Assembly (NCBI RefSeq): GCF_000284115.1
Contig: NC_017080.1
Span: forward strand, 2,520,001-2,552,000
Source of the DNA: Phycisphaera mikurensis NBRC 102666
Lineage (GTDB): Bacteria; Planctomycetota; Phycisphaerae; Phycisphaerales; Phycisphaeraceae
DNA: 32,000 bases
Direction of reading: 5' to 3'
Position numbers and translations under genes: made by a program. Positions 15,946 through 24,475 of the stretch are shown here, piece after piece. Position 1 is the first letter of the stretch. Every line of letters begins with the position of its first letter. The notes under the pieces are model-generated. The model saw nothing but the letters and a program-made list of their open reading frames with translations. It had not been told where the DNA came from and did not search any database.

Positions 15946-17780
15946 GCGCGGCCGACGCGAGCTCGGCGTCCGCCAGCGGAGCCGCGACCGACGCCGGCCC
16001 GGACGCCGAGGCCGCGCCGGCGCGCCGGGCGCTGCTGGTCTCCCGCGGCCTGATGGTGCTGATGAGCCTGGCACTGGTGGCCCTGCTCGGCCGCGTCGCG
16101 CAGCTGCAGCGGACGCCCGACCCGCGCGTGCTCCGCGTGCTCGATCAGCAACAGACCGCCGGCGTGCTGCTGGCGCGGCGGGGCCCGCTGGTGGACCGCC
16201 GCGGCCGCACCCTCGCCGAGACCCGGGTCGCCTGGCGGCTCTTCGTCGACCCGCGGCTCGTGGAAGACCACGGCATCTTCTCGGAGACGCTGACCCGCCG
16301 CGTCGGCCTCGACCCGGTGGAGGTCGAGCGGGCGATGCACCGCCGGCCGGATTCCCGCTACGTCATCGTCGCCCCGAGGCTGGCGCCGGCGCAGCTCGCC
16401 GCGGCCCGGAGCCTGGCGTCGGAGCTGCGCGCGGTGGCGCTCGAGCCGTATCTGGTCCGCGACTACCCGCGGGGCACCACGGCCGGGCAGGTCGTCGGCT
16501 TCACCAACTCCGAGGGCGTCGGACTCGAGGGCATGGAGGCCGCCGCCCACGCGAAGCTCGCTGCGCGCGCCGGCCGCGCCACGCTGCTGCGCGACGCCGG
16601 GCGCCGGCCGCTCTGGCTCGTCGATGCCTCGGCCGGCGCGGGCGAGCCCGCGGCGTACGACACCCCCGCCGATGGCCGCGCCGTCCGGCTGACGCTCGAC
16701 CTCTCGCTGCAGGAGATGGCCGAGGACGAACTCGACCGGCAGGTCGCGGCGTTCGGGGCGGGGTCCGGCCAGCTGGTGGTGCTCGACCCGCGCAACGGCG
16801 ACGTGCTGGCCCTGGCGATGTGGCCGCGCTTCGATCCGGCCGCGGCGGGCACGACCAGGCCCGAGGACCGCCGCAACCGCGTCGTCGCCGACGTCTTCGA
16901 GCCCGGCTCGGTCATGAAGCCGCTGGTCTGGGCCGCCGCCACCGAGGCCGGAGCCGCCCGGCGGGAGGAGGTCATTGACTGCACGGAGAAGGGCTGGTGG
17001 AAGCCCGAGCGCGGGCCGGTCCTGAAGGATTCCCACCCCAACGGCAAGCTCAGCTGGGACGAGGTGCTGATCCAGAGCTCGAACATCGGCATCGCCAAGG
17101 TCGCGGAGCGGATGGGCGCGGAGGAGGTCGATCGCGTGCTGCGGGCCCACGGCCTCGGCCGCCCGACCGGCTCGGGCCTGCCCGGCGAGCTCGGCGGCAT
17201 CCTCCGGCCGGTCGCCGGCTGGTCGGGCACCGATCTCACGCGGATCCCGATCGGCCAGGCCGTCGCCGTCACGCCGCTGCAGATGGTCGTCGCCTACACG
17301 CCGCTCGCCAACGACGGCCGGCTGGTCCCCCCGCGGATGGTGACGCCGACGGGCCCGGACGAGCGACGGTCCGCGGAGATCGAGCGGCGCGTGCTCTCCC
17401 CCGAGACCGCGGCGGCCACCCGCGGCGTGCTGCGCCGGGTGATGGCCGAGGGCACCGGCCGCAGAGCCGACAGCGACCGCTGGCCGGTGTTCGGCAAGAC
17501 CGGCACGGCCCAGCTCCCCGACCTGGTCAAGGGCGGCTACAAGCCCGGCGGCTACGTCGCGACCTTCATCGGCGGAGCGCCCGCGGACGCCCCGCGGCTG
17601 CTGGTGGGCTGCTTCATCCACGAGCCCGACGTGGAGATCGGCTACTACGGCGGGTCGGTGGCGGCGCCCGCGGCGACGCGCTTCATGGAGCGGGCGCTCG
17701 CGTACCTCGGCGTGCCGGAAGGCCTCCCGCTCCCGGAAGCCGGACGCGCGGGCGATCTCGCCCGTGCCGACGACCGCTAG
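15942..17780 (+). CDS. ftsI: Peptidoglycan D,D-transpeptidase (class B penicillin-binding protein, FtsI/PBP2-type)
   Basis: An N-terminal TM anchor is present. The three motifs are SxxK (GSVMKP), SxN (QSSNIG) and KTG (FGKTGTA). Length and dimerisation-domain architecture are typical of class B PBPs. Confidence 0.85.
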   Translation: MSAADASSASASGAATDAGPDAEAAPARRALLVSRGLMVLMSLALVALLGRVAQLQRTPDPRVLRVLDQQQTAGVLLARRGPLVDRRGRTLAETRVAWRLFVDPRLVEDHGIFSETLTRRVGLDPVEVERAMHRRPDSRYVIVAPRLAPAQLAAARSLASELRAVALEPYLVRDYPRGTTAGQVVGFTNSEGVGLEGMEAAAHAKLAARAGRATLLRDAGRRPLWLVDASAGAGEPAAYDTPADGRAVRLTLDLSLQEMAEDELDRQVAAFGAGSGQLVVLDPRNGDVLALAMWPRFDPAAAGTTRPEDRRNRVVADVFEPGSVMKPLVWAAATEAGAARREEVIDCTEKGWWKPERGPVLKDSHPNGKLSWDEVLIQSSNIGIAKVAERMGAEEVDRVLRAHGLGRPTGSGLPGELGGILRPVAGWSGTDLTRIPIGQAVAVTPLQMVVAYTPLANDGRLVPPRMVTPTGPDERRSAEIERRVLSPETAAATRGVLRRVMAEGTGRRADSDRWPVFGKTGTAQLPDLVKGGYKPGGYVATFIGGAPADAPRLLVGCFIHEPDVEIGYYGGSVAAPAATRFMERALAYLGVPEGLPLPEAGRAGDLARADDR

Positions 17781-17892
17781 CCCGCGCGTGCGGGCCGTGT
17801 CTCCTGTGGCGGGCCGCTGGCGCCAGTCCGCGGGCGAAGTCCGGGCGGAGGCCGCGCGTGGCACGCTCGCCGAGCCGAGCCAGCGCCGCGCT

Positions 17893-19098
17893 TCAGCTCT
17901 CGCTGAGGCGCTTCTCCGCCTCGCCCGCGAGCAGCTCCACCGACTGCCGCAGGTAGGCGGGGATGCTCGCCGCGTGCGGCGACCCGGCCACCGCCGCCGC
18001 GAGCTCGGATTCGGGCACGTCCGCCAGCGTGTCGCCTTTGGCACCGGGGAACCAGTGGTCGGCGCCGCCGAGCATGTTGAAGCGCTTCTTCCCGTAGGTC
18101 GTCATGTCCCAGCCGAGCGCGAGATTGCGGAGCCAGAGCATCACCGGCAGGTTCAGCCCACCGGGTGCCGCGAGCGCCTCGGGCAGGCCACCGGCGCCGT
18201 GGGCCTCCGGATCGCGTTCGCCGATGGCTTGCTCCATCGCGTCGCCGAGCCGCTGCACGATCGGGGCCAGCACCGCCTCCGCGTCGCCCGCCTCCAGGAT
18301 CCGCACCGCCTCGAGGTGCAGGTCGAAGTCGCTCGGCCGGGCGGCCCCGACCGAGAGCGTGTGGACGCCGGGCTGCGTCAGCGTCCAGAGGTCGTTGAAG
18401 ACGATCGGGTGCAGCGGGTCGCAGAGCCCGACGAGCTTCTCCGGCGGGTCGTAGAGCATCCCCCCCTTGTCGGTGGGGCTGATGATGAAGGTGCCCATGT
18501 CCCGCGCGACCGCCCGCTCGATGGCGGTGCGGTGCCGCTGGAAGATGAAGTAGAAGTGCAGGTTCACGTAATCGAAGCCGCGGTCGTCGGCATCGAGGGC
18601 GCTGAGGAGGTCCGGCGTGGGGGCGTGCGTCGAGAAGCCGATGTGCCCCGCGCGGCCGCTGCTCTGGATCGCCCGCGCCGCCTCGACGCAGCCGCCCGGC
18701 CGCATCGCCCGGTCGAGCACCGCGGCGTTGTTGATCCCGTGGACCGCGAGCAGGTCGACGCGGTCGAGCCGGAGCCGCCGCAGCGACTCCTCGAAGTGCT
18801 CGGTGAACTCGGCGGCCGTGTCGGTCGGACCGATCTTCGTCTGCACGATGAGACGCTCGCGCGGGAGCTCCGGCAGCACCGTGCCGAGCTGCCGCTCGGA
18901 GGGGCCGTAGCCGCGAGCGGTCTCGACATGGGTGATGCCCACGTCCATCGACCGCTCGATCACCGCCCGCGTCATCGCGGTGGTGGCGGGGTCGACCGCG
19001 TCGAGGGGCTTGTCCTGCCAGCCGTCCTGGTAGCGCATGCCCCCGGTGGAGAGGACCGGCATCGCGAGTTCGGTGCGGCCGAAGCGGCGGTAGAGCAT
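17893..19098 (-). CDS. Aldo/keto reductase family oxidoreductase
   Basis: The N-terminus is MLYRRFGRTELAMPVLSTGGMRY. Also present are GITHVETARGYGPSE, VQTKIGP and LLAVHGIN. These match the AKR fold pattern, with a C-terminal extension (COG1453-like). Confidence 0.85.
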   Translation of the reverse strand: MLYRRFGRTELAMPVLSTGGMRYQDGWQDKPLDAVDPATTAMTRAVIERSMDVGITHVETARGYGPSERQLGTVLPELPRERLIVQTKIGPTDTAAEFTEHFEESLRRLRLDRVDLLAVHGINNAAVLDRAMRPGGCVEAARAIQSSGRAGHIGFSTHAPTPDLLSALDADDRGFDYVNLHFYFIFQRHRTAIERAVARDMGTFIISPTDKGGMLYDPPEKLVGLCDPLHPIVFNDLWTLTQPGVHTLSVGAARPSDFDLHLEAVRILEAGDAEAVLAPIVQRLGDAMEQAIGERDPEAHGAGGLPEALAAPGGLNLPVMLWLRNLALGWDMTTYGKKRFNMLGGADHWFPGAKGDTLADVPESELAAAVAGSPHAASIPAYLRQSVELLAGEAEKRLSES

Positions 19099-19149
19099 GG
19101 CCGAAGGTAGAGCCGGCCCCGGGCGCCGCGGCGGGCGTCGCCGCTTAGA

Positions 19150-19299
19150 GCATCGCGCGCAATTTTCCGATCGGCCTGCGTCCGCGCGTCGTGTTCCTCG
19201 TGAGGAGGCGAAGCAGCCCTGCCCCTGCAGGGCGATGCAGCCGACGAAGCGAGGGGCACGACTCGCCCGCAGAGGCGATCGGAAAATTGCGCGCGGTGC
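19150..19299. repeat. About 150-bp rod-like imperfect palindrome with perfect 19-bp terminal inverted repeats (GCGCGCAATTTTCCGATCG)
   Basis: Positions 19155-19173 are perfectly complementary to 19276-19294, extendable to 19150/19299 with one G:T. The middle stem pairs 19188-19200 with 19250-19262 (11 Watson-Crick pairs plus 2 G:T). The tip hairpin pairs GCCCTGC (19216-19222) with GCAGGGC (19227-19233). The symmetry centre is at about 19224. Confidence 0.85.
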
Positions 19300-19300
19300 G

Positions 19301-22300
19301 CTAGTCGCTGCTCCGGGCGGAGGAAGCGTCCGAGTGGTTGCCGGGTGCCGGACGCTCCGCCTCGGCGGCCTCCGCGATCAGCAGCCGCACCGCCGGGGGC
19401 GGGTCCCACGCCGACAGGGAGCCCAGCCAGCGGCTCATGATCGCCCCGCGGGCTCCGCCCGCGTCGCCGACGGAGAGCAGCAGATCGGTCGCGAAACGCT
19501 CGCCCTGCACGCTCGGGTTGCCGATCCACCCGCCGACCGGCAGCTCGTAAAGGTCGATCGGCCTCACCCCGCGGGCGGCTTCGGGCGCGAGGCGGAGCAC
19601 GGACGCGGCGGGCAGCGCGAGGCGCATCTGGATGGCCGACGCCTCGACCGCGGGCAGGCCCTCCCGCACCGGACCGGCTTGGGCGACGCCCCGCAGCCCC
19701 AGGCCGAGGCCCTCCCCTGAGAGCCACAGCGGCCCGTGCCGAAGCTGCCCGCCGTCGAGGGAGAGGGTCAGCGGGCTTGCCCGCAGCACGGTCGATCCCC
19801 CGCGCAGCGTGCCCTCGCCGGCGGCGACCTGCCGCACGGCCCGCTCCACCCCGCCGAGCAGCCAGCCGTCGCTGCGGACCTCCAGCCCGCCCGCCGCGAC
19901 GCTGGCGCCGTCGATCAGCGGCAGCCACCCGGCCCACCCCGCGTCCGGCCGCAGCCGTGCGCCCGCGGCGGGCAGGAGCACCAGCGGCTCGCCCGGGACG
20001 CCGCGGACGAGGTCCAGCGTGAGAGGGTGCAGCCGGCCGCGGACGGCGTCGGCACCCGCGGGGCTGATCGCGAGCTGCAGACGCCCGTCCCCGCCGAGCA
20101 CGAACGCATCGTCGCGGCGTTCGGCGTTGAGCCCGACGAGGGCGTGCTCCGAGACGAAGCCGGCCTGGACGCGGAGCGGGTGGTCCGGAGACGCATCGAG
20201 CACGAGGCTGGGGGCAAGCACCGGGCCCAGGAGCAGCGGCAGGCGGTCGCCGAAGCCCAGCACGCGGTCGAGCGTCGCGGCCGGGAGGGCGTCCCCCACG
20301 ACCTCCAGCAGGTACTCCGCCCCGGCGGGCCGCACCCGCTGCCGGTCGTCGACGAGCCCCAGGATGGATCCTTCGACGCGGACCGAGCCCGGCTCGAGCA
20401 CCGTCGTCCCGCCGTCCGCGGGCACGACGCGGGTGTCGGCGAAGAGGCGTGGCTGCCCGCCGAGGCGGTGCGCGTCGGCCTCCAGCGTGAGGTCGGCGAG
20501 GTCGACGAGCCCGCCGCCGGGGCCACGCAGCCGGACGCGGGGCACCTGCAGGCCCAGCATCATGCCGGAGCGGGCCGGATCGAGGTTGCGCAGCCAGGCG
20601 TCGAAGAGCTCCCGGCGGGAGAGGCCGGCGGCTCGCGGCAGGGCCCCGGGCGGGGCGCTCCAGCGGAGCTCCCGCAGGTCGAGCTCGGCGCTTACCGCCC
20701 GCTCCACCGTCACGCCCGCCGCCGCGATCTGCGGCAGGAGGCTCGCCACCGCGGCGGGTTCCAGCCTCAGCCGCAGCGGCTCGGGGGTGCTGAGCGAACC
20801 CGCCCGCCCCGCCTCCAAGAGGCGGAGCCGGACCGGGCCGGTCATGCCGCGCGACGCCACGTCGATCTTCAGATCCACGACCTCCGGCCGGCGGCGGAGC
20901 CGGTCCGCGGGCAGCGTCTGCACCGCCTCCACGCTCAAGCCCAGCGTCGGGCCCAGGGTCTCGGCAGAGCGAGCCCCCGCCGGGCCGAGCAGCCCGAGCA
21001 GCGGGGTGGGGAGGCCCAGCGCCTCGACCTGGAGCGTGGGCGGTCCGGCCCCCGCGGGCATCCGCGCGTTCAGCAGCGAGACCCGCACGCGGGCCGGCTG
21101 CGGACCGGCAGACCCTCCGGCGTCCGCGGTTCCCGCGATCACCAGGTCGGTCTTGCGGCCGAGGGACCGGCTCTCCAGGCTCAAGCGTCCGCCCAGCAGG
21201 CCGATGCGGTGTCCGTCGCCGCGCAGCACCGCGTCCTCCAGGTCGCCCGCGAGGCGGAAGGACGCCCACTCGGGCTGGGCACCGGCCGCGCCCTCGCTCA
21301 GCCGCAGCCGGTCGACGCCCAGCCGCAGCGTCACCGCAGACTCCAGCGACCAGCCACCGGCGCTCGCTTCCGCCGGGGGGGCAATGGCCGCGAAGGCCTC
21401 GGGCGTCAGCGTCCACGCCAGCTCCCCGCCCTCGGCGGCGCGGACGTCGCCGCCGTCCCGCACGAGCCGGAGGCGGCCCCGCAGACGCTCCGCGTCGACC
21501 TCCAGCGTCGCCTCGGGGAGGGCGAGCGTGCCCTCCGCCGCGAGCCTCCCGCCGAGGGTGGGCCCAAGCGCCGCCGCCGCCCAACCCCCCGATCCGGTCA
21601 GCTCCCCGAGCAGCGCGACCGGGAGCGCGGAAGCCTCGGCCCGGGCCTCCAACGCCGCCTCGCGCCAGCCGATGCCGCCGCCGGGCTGCCGGCCGTTGAG
21701 CAGCACCAGGTCCGCGCGCAGCCGGCCGGTCGTGCCCAGGCGGACCGTCCGCCCGCTCAGCTCTAGCGCGAGCCGGTCCGCGTCGCGGAGGTCCAGCCCC
21801 GCCTCGACCGCCTCGAAGCCGGTCGCCTCCGCTCCGGGCGCTGGCGTCCAGAGCCCGCGGGCCACGTCCAGCCTCACCCGGACCGCCGGCGGGCGGGCCA
21901 CGCCCGAGCCCGTCCAGCCGACGCGTTCCCGCCAGCCCGCCGGCGGCGGTCCGGCGTCCGCGGACGCCGCCGCCTTCCCGGTGCCACGCGGGCGCGGCGG
22001 CGCGGCCAGGCTCCGAGCGAGGTTGAGGCGCCCCGCCTCGGAGCGCTGCAGCCGCACGTCCGCCACGCGGATGCTCAGGTCCGCCTCCGGCCAGCGTCCG
22101 GTGGCCCACCCGGTGGCCAGGTCCAGCAGCCCCAGCGACGCGGCTTCCGCCTCCAGCCCCGTCACGACCGGGATGCCCTCGGGGTCACGCAGCACGAGGC
22201 CGTCGACCCGCGCGCCCCCGAGCCAGCCGATCTCGGCGGATTCGACGGCCACGGTCCCCAAGATGCGTGCGTTGAGCTGCCGGAGCACCCAGGCGTTGCC

Positions 22301-22441
22301 CCAACCGCTGGAGGCGACGCGCGGCAGGGCGAACAGCGCCGCCGCGAGCAGAGCCGCCGCGAGGAGCAGCGCGCGGGCGTTACGCCGGCGGTTGGCGAGA
22401 TGGCGGGCGCTCCCGTCGATGTCCAGACGGATGTCGCTCAT
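19301..22441 (-). CDS. Large (1046 aa) N-terminally membrane-anchored envelope protein, second AsmA/TamB-like candidate (function inferred)
   Basis: The N-terminal TM segment is ALLLAAALLAAALFALP. It is followed by a long repetitive Gly/Leu/Arg/Ala-rich region with VxLxL-type strands. The C-terminal LYELPVGGWIGNPSV resembles the end of AsmA-like proteins. Codon third-position bias supports this frame. Confidence 0.45.
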   Translation of the reverse strand: MSDIRLDIDGSARHLANRRRNARALLLAAALLAAALFALPRVASSGWGNAWVLRQLNARILGTVAVESAEIGWLGGARVDGLVLRDPEGIPVVTGLEAEAASLGLLDLATGWATGRWPEADLSIRVADVRLQRSEAGRLNLARSLAAPPRPRGTGKAAASADAGPPPAGWRERVGWTGSGVARPPAVRVRLDVARGLWTPAPGAEATGFEAVEAGLDLRDADRLALELSGRTVRLGTTGRLRADLVLLNGRQPGGGIGWREAALEARAEASALPVALLGELTGSGGWAAAALGPTLGGRLAAEGTLALPEATLEVDAERLRGRLRLVRDGGDVRAAEGGELAWTLTPEAFAAIAPPAEASAGGWSLESAVTLRLGVDRLRLSEGAAGAQPEWASFRLAGDLEDAVLRGDGHRIGLLGGRLSLESRSLGRKTDLVIAGTADAGGSAGPQPARVRVSLLNARMPAGAGPPTLQVEALGLPTPLLGLLGPAGARSAETLGPTLGLSVEAVQTLPADRLRRRPEVVDLKIDVASRGMTGPVRLRLLEAGRAGSLSTPEPLRLRLEPAAVASLLPQIAAAGVTVERAVSAELDLRELRWSAPPGALPRAAGLSRRELFDAWLRNLDPARSGMMLGLQVPRVRLRGPGGGLVDLADLTLEADAHRLGGQPRLFADTRVVPADGGTTVLEPGSVRVEGSILGLVDDRQRVRPAGAEYLLEVVGDALPAATLDRVLGFGDRLPLLLGPVLAPSLVLDASPDHPLRVQAGFVSEHALVGLNAERRDDAFVLGGDGRLQLAISPAGADAVRGRLHPLTLDLVRGVPGEPLVLLPAAGARLRPDAGWAGWLPLIDGASVAAGGLEVRSDGWLLGGVERAVRQVAAGEGTLRGGSTVLRASPLTLSLDGGQLRHGPLWLSGEGLGLGLRGVAQAGPVREGLPAVEASAIQMRLALPAASVLRLAPEAARGVRPIDLYELPVGGWIGNPSVQGERFATDLLLSVGDAGGARGAIMSRWLGSLSAWDPPPAVRLLIAEAAEAERPAPGNHSDASSARSSD

Positions 22442-22633
22442 GCAGCGTCAGTCTGACACGCCCCCCACCGAACGCCAACCCGCGGCGGCGAGACCCCGCC
22501 CCCCGCCGCGAACCCACGCCCGGGCGGTGCGTAACGTCGCAGCGGGGCCGTCGCGAGCCGGCACGCTCCGGCGGCGACGCCGTCTCCCTCCCGCAGTCCC
22601 CCGGTTCCAGGGCCCGCCCGGGCCTCCCGCTCT

Positions 22634-24370
22634 ATGAAAGACTTTCCCCCCGCTTCCGCTCCCGGCCCGGCCGCACGGCACGTCGCGCCCGCCTCGGGCA
22701 TCCGCTGGTACGGCCCCACCGTCCTGCTCCTGGTGTCCGTGCTCGCGGTGATGCTCGCCGGCCCCGGGCTCATCCGCTCCGTCGCCCACGCCCGCACCGC
22801 GGCGGAGATCGTCTCCGTCCGCAACGGGCTCGAGGCGAATCCCTCGCTCACCACGCTCTCGGACTCGTTCAAGGACGTCGCCCGGGCGGTCGAGCCGAGC
22901 GTGGTCCACGTCGAGATCCAGTCGAGGAACCCCGGCGCGATGCTCCGCCGCGGCCGCGGAAGCTCGCCTCTGGAGAGCCTCCCACCCGGGCTGCGGGGGC
23001 TGCTGCCCGAGGGCCCGCGGCAGCCGATGCCCACGCCGGAGCGGGACCGCTTCAGCGACTACAACAACTACGAGCCCGTCGGCAACGGCTCGGGGTGGGT
23101 CTACCGCTTCCCCGGGCTCGAGGGCAGCGACGAGCCGGCGGCGAACTACATCATCACCAACGCTCACGTCGTCCGGGAGGTGGGCGAGGACGAGCGGATC
23201 CGCATCACGCTGTACGACGAGTCCGTCGTTACGGCCGAGATCGTCGGCCGGCCCGATTTCCAGACCGACGTCGCGGTGCTCCGCGTCGTCGGCGACGGCG
23301 GCGCGGACCGGCTCCACCCCGCGGAGGCCTCGACGCAGACCACCGAGCAGGGCGAGATCGTCTTCGCCTTCGGTTCGCCCTTTGGCGCCGCGTTCAGCTT
23401 CTCGATGAGCCAGGGCATCGTCTCGGCCGTGGGCCGCCGCGTCGGCATCATCGACGGCGGCGGGTACGAGAACTTCATCCAGACCGACGCCGCGATCAAC
23501 CCCGGCAACTCCGGCGGGCCGCTCGCCAACGTCCGCGGCGAGGTGATCGGCATGAACACCGCGATCGCCACCAACAACCGCGGGCCCGGCGGGGGCGCGG
23601 CCAGCAGCGGCGTGGGCTTCGCCATCCCGGTGGCCATGGCCACCCGCGTCGCCGATCGCATCATCGTCGACGGCGTTGTCCGCCGCGGCTTCCTGGGCGT
23701 CCGCATCGAGAACCTCAGCGAAGACATGGCCGCCACCTTCGGCTACGACGGGCGCGGCGTCCTCGTCGCCGAGGCGCTCGAGGGCGGGGCCGCCCGCGCC
23801 GCCGGCGTCCGCGACGGCGACATCATCACCGGGGTCGACGGCGAAGAGGTCGCCGACTCCGAGCAGCTTCGCTTCGCAATCGCCAACCGGCGGCCCGGCA
23901 AGGAAGTCGAGCTGGAGCTGTTCCGCGGCGGCGAGTCTCAGACCGTCCGCGTGGAGCTCGGCTCCCGCGGCGGCGACGCCCTCGCCAGCGGCGGCGGGCC
24001 TTCCAGCGGGTCCGAACGCGGCGACGACGACTTCAGCGGCGTCTCGGACCTCTCCCTCCGCTACGGCATCACCGGGCTCGCGACGCTGAGCCCGGCCGAC
24101 GCCGCCCGCATCGGCCTCGCCGGGTCCGGCGGCGTGATGATCACCGGGGTGCGTCCCGGCTCGGTCGCCGCCAGCCCGCGGATCGACCTGCAGCCCGGCC
24201 GCACCGTCATCACCGCCGTGATGAACGAGGACGTCGCCACCGTCGAAGATTTCAACCGCGCCATCGCCTCCTTCGACGCCGACAAGCCGATCCGCCTGAC
24301 GGTGCTCCGCCCCGACCCGATGAACCCCGGCAGCTTCGCGCCCAGCTTCGTGCTGCTGAAGCTGCCCTGA
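22634..24370 (+). CDS. HtrA/DegP/DegQ-family periplasmic serine endoprotease with two PDZ domains
   Basis: An N-terminal TM or signal segment is present. The catalytic triad contexts are TNAHVV (His), DVAVLRV (Asp) and GNSGGPL (Ser). Two PDZ-like regions are present (GFLGVRIENLSEDMA...GDIITGVDGEEV and GVMITGVRPGSVAA...). Confidence 0.9.
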   Translation: MKDFPPASAPGPAARHVAPASGIRWYGPTVLLLVSVLAVMLAGPGLIRSVAHARTAAEIVSVRNGLEANPSLTTLSDSFKDVARAVEPSVVHVEIQSRNPGAMLRRGRGSSPLESLPPGLRGLLPEGPRQPMPTPERDRFSDYNNYEPVGNGSGWVYRFPGLEGSDEPAANYIITNAHVVREVGEDERIRITLYDESVVTAEIVGRPDFQTDVAVLRVVGDGGADRLHPAEASTQTTEQGEIVFAFGSPFGAAFSFSMSQGIVSAVGRRVGIIDGGGYENFIQTDAAINPGNSGGPLANVRGEVIGMNTAIATNNRGPGGGAASSGVGFAIPVAMATRVADRIIVDGVVRRGFLGVRIENLSEDMAATFGYDGRGVLVAEALEGGAARAAGVRDGDIITGVDGEEVADSEQLRFAIANRRPGKEVELELFRGGESQTVRVELGSRGGDALASGGGPSSGSERGDDDFSGVSDLSLRYGITGLATLSPADAARIGLAGSGGVMITGVRPGSVAASPRIDLQPGRTVITAVMNEDVATVEDFNRAIASFDADKPIRLTVLRPDPMNPGSFAPSFVLLKLP

Positions 24371-24399
24371 TCCGGCCCCGGGCTCATCGACTCCGGAAC

Positions 24400-24448
24400 C
24401 CGCGGACCGCGGGGCTCCAGCGCCGCGGAGCCCGGCGGTCCGCGGCGG
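24400..24448. repeat. REP-like GC-rich hairpin, copy B, between the convergent htrA and SLC13 gene ends
   Basis: Positions 24400-24410 pair with 24435-24445 (11 bp). There is a mismatch at 24411/24434. Positions 24412-24418 pair with 24427-24433 (7 bp). The loop is 8 nt. The minus strand reads CCGCCGCGGACCGCCGG (24448 down to 24432), identical to copies A and C. Confidence 0.75.
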
Positions 24449-24475
24449 TGCCCGGGCCCGATCCGGAAGCGGACG

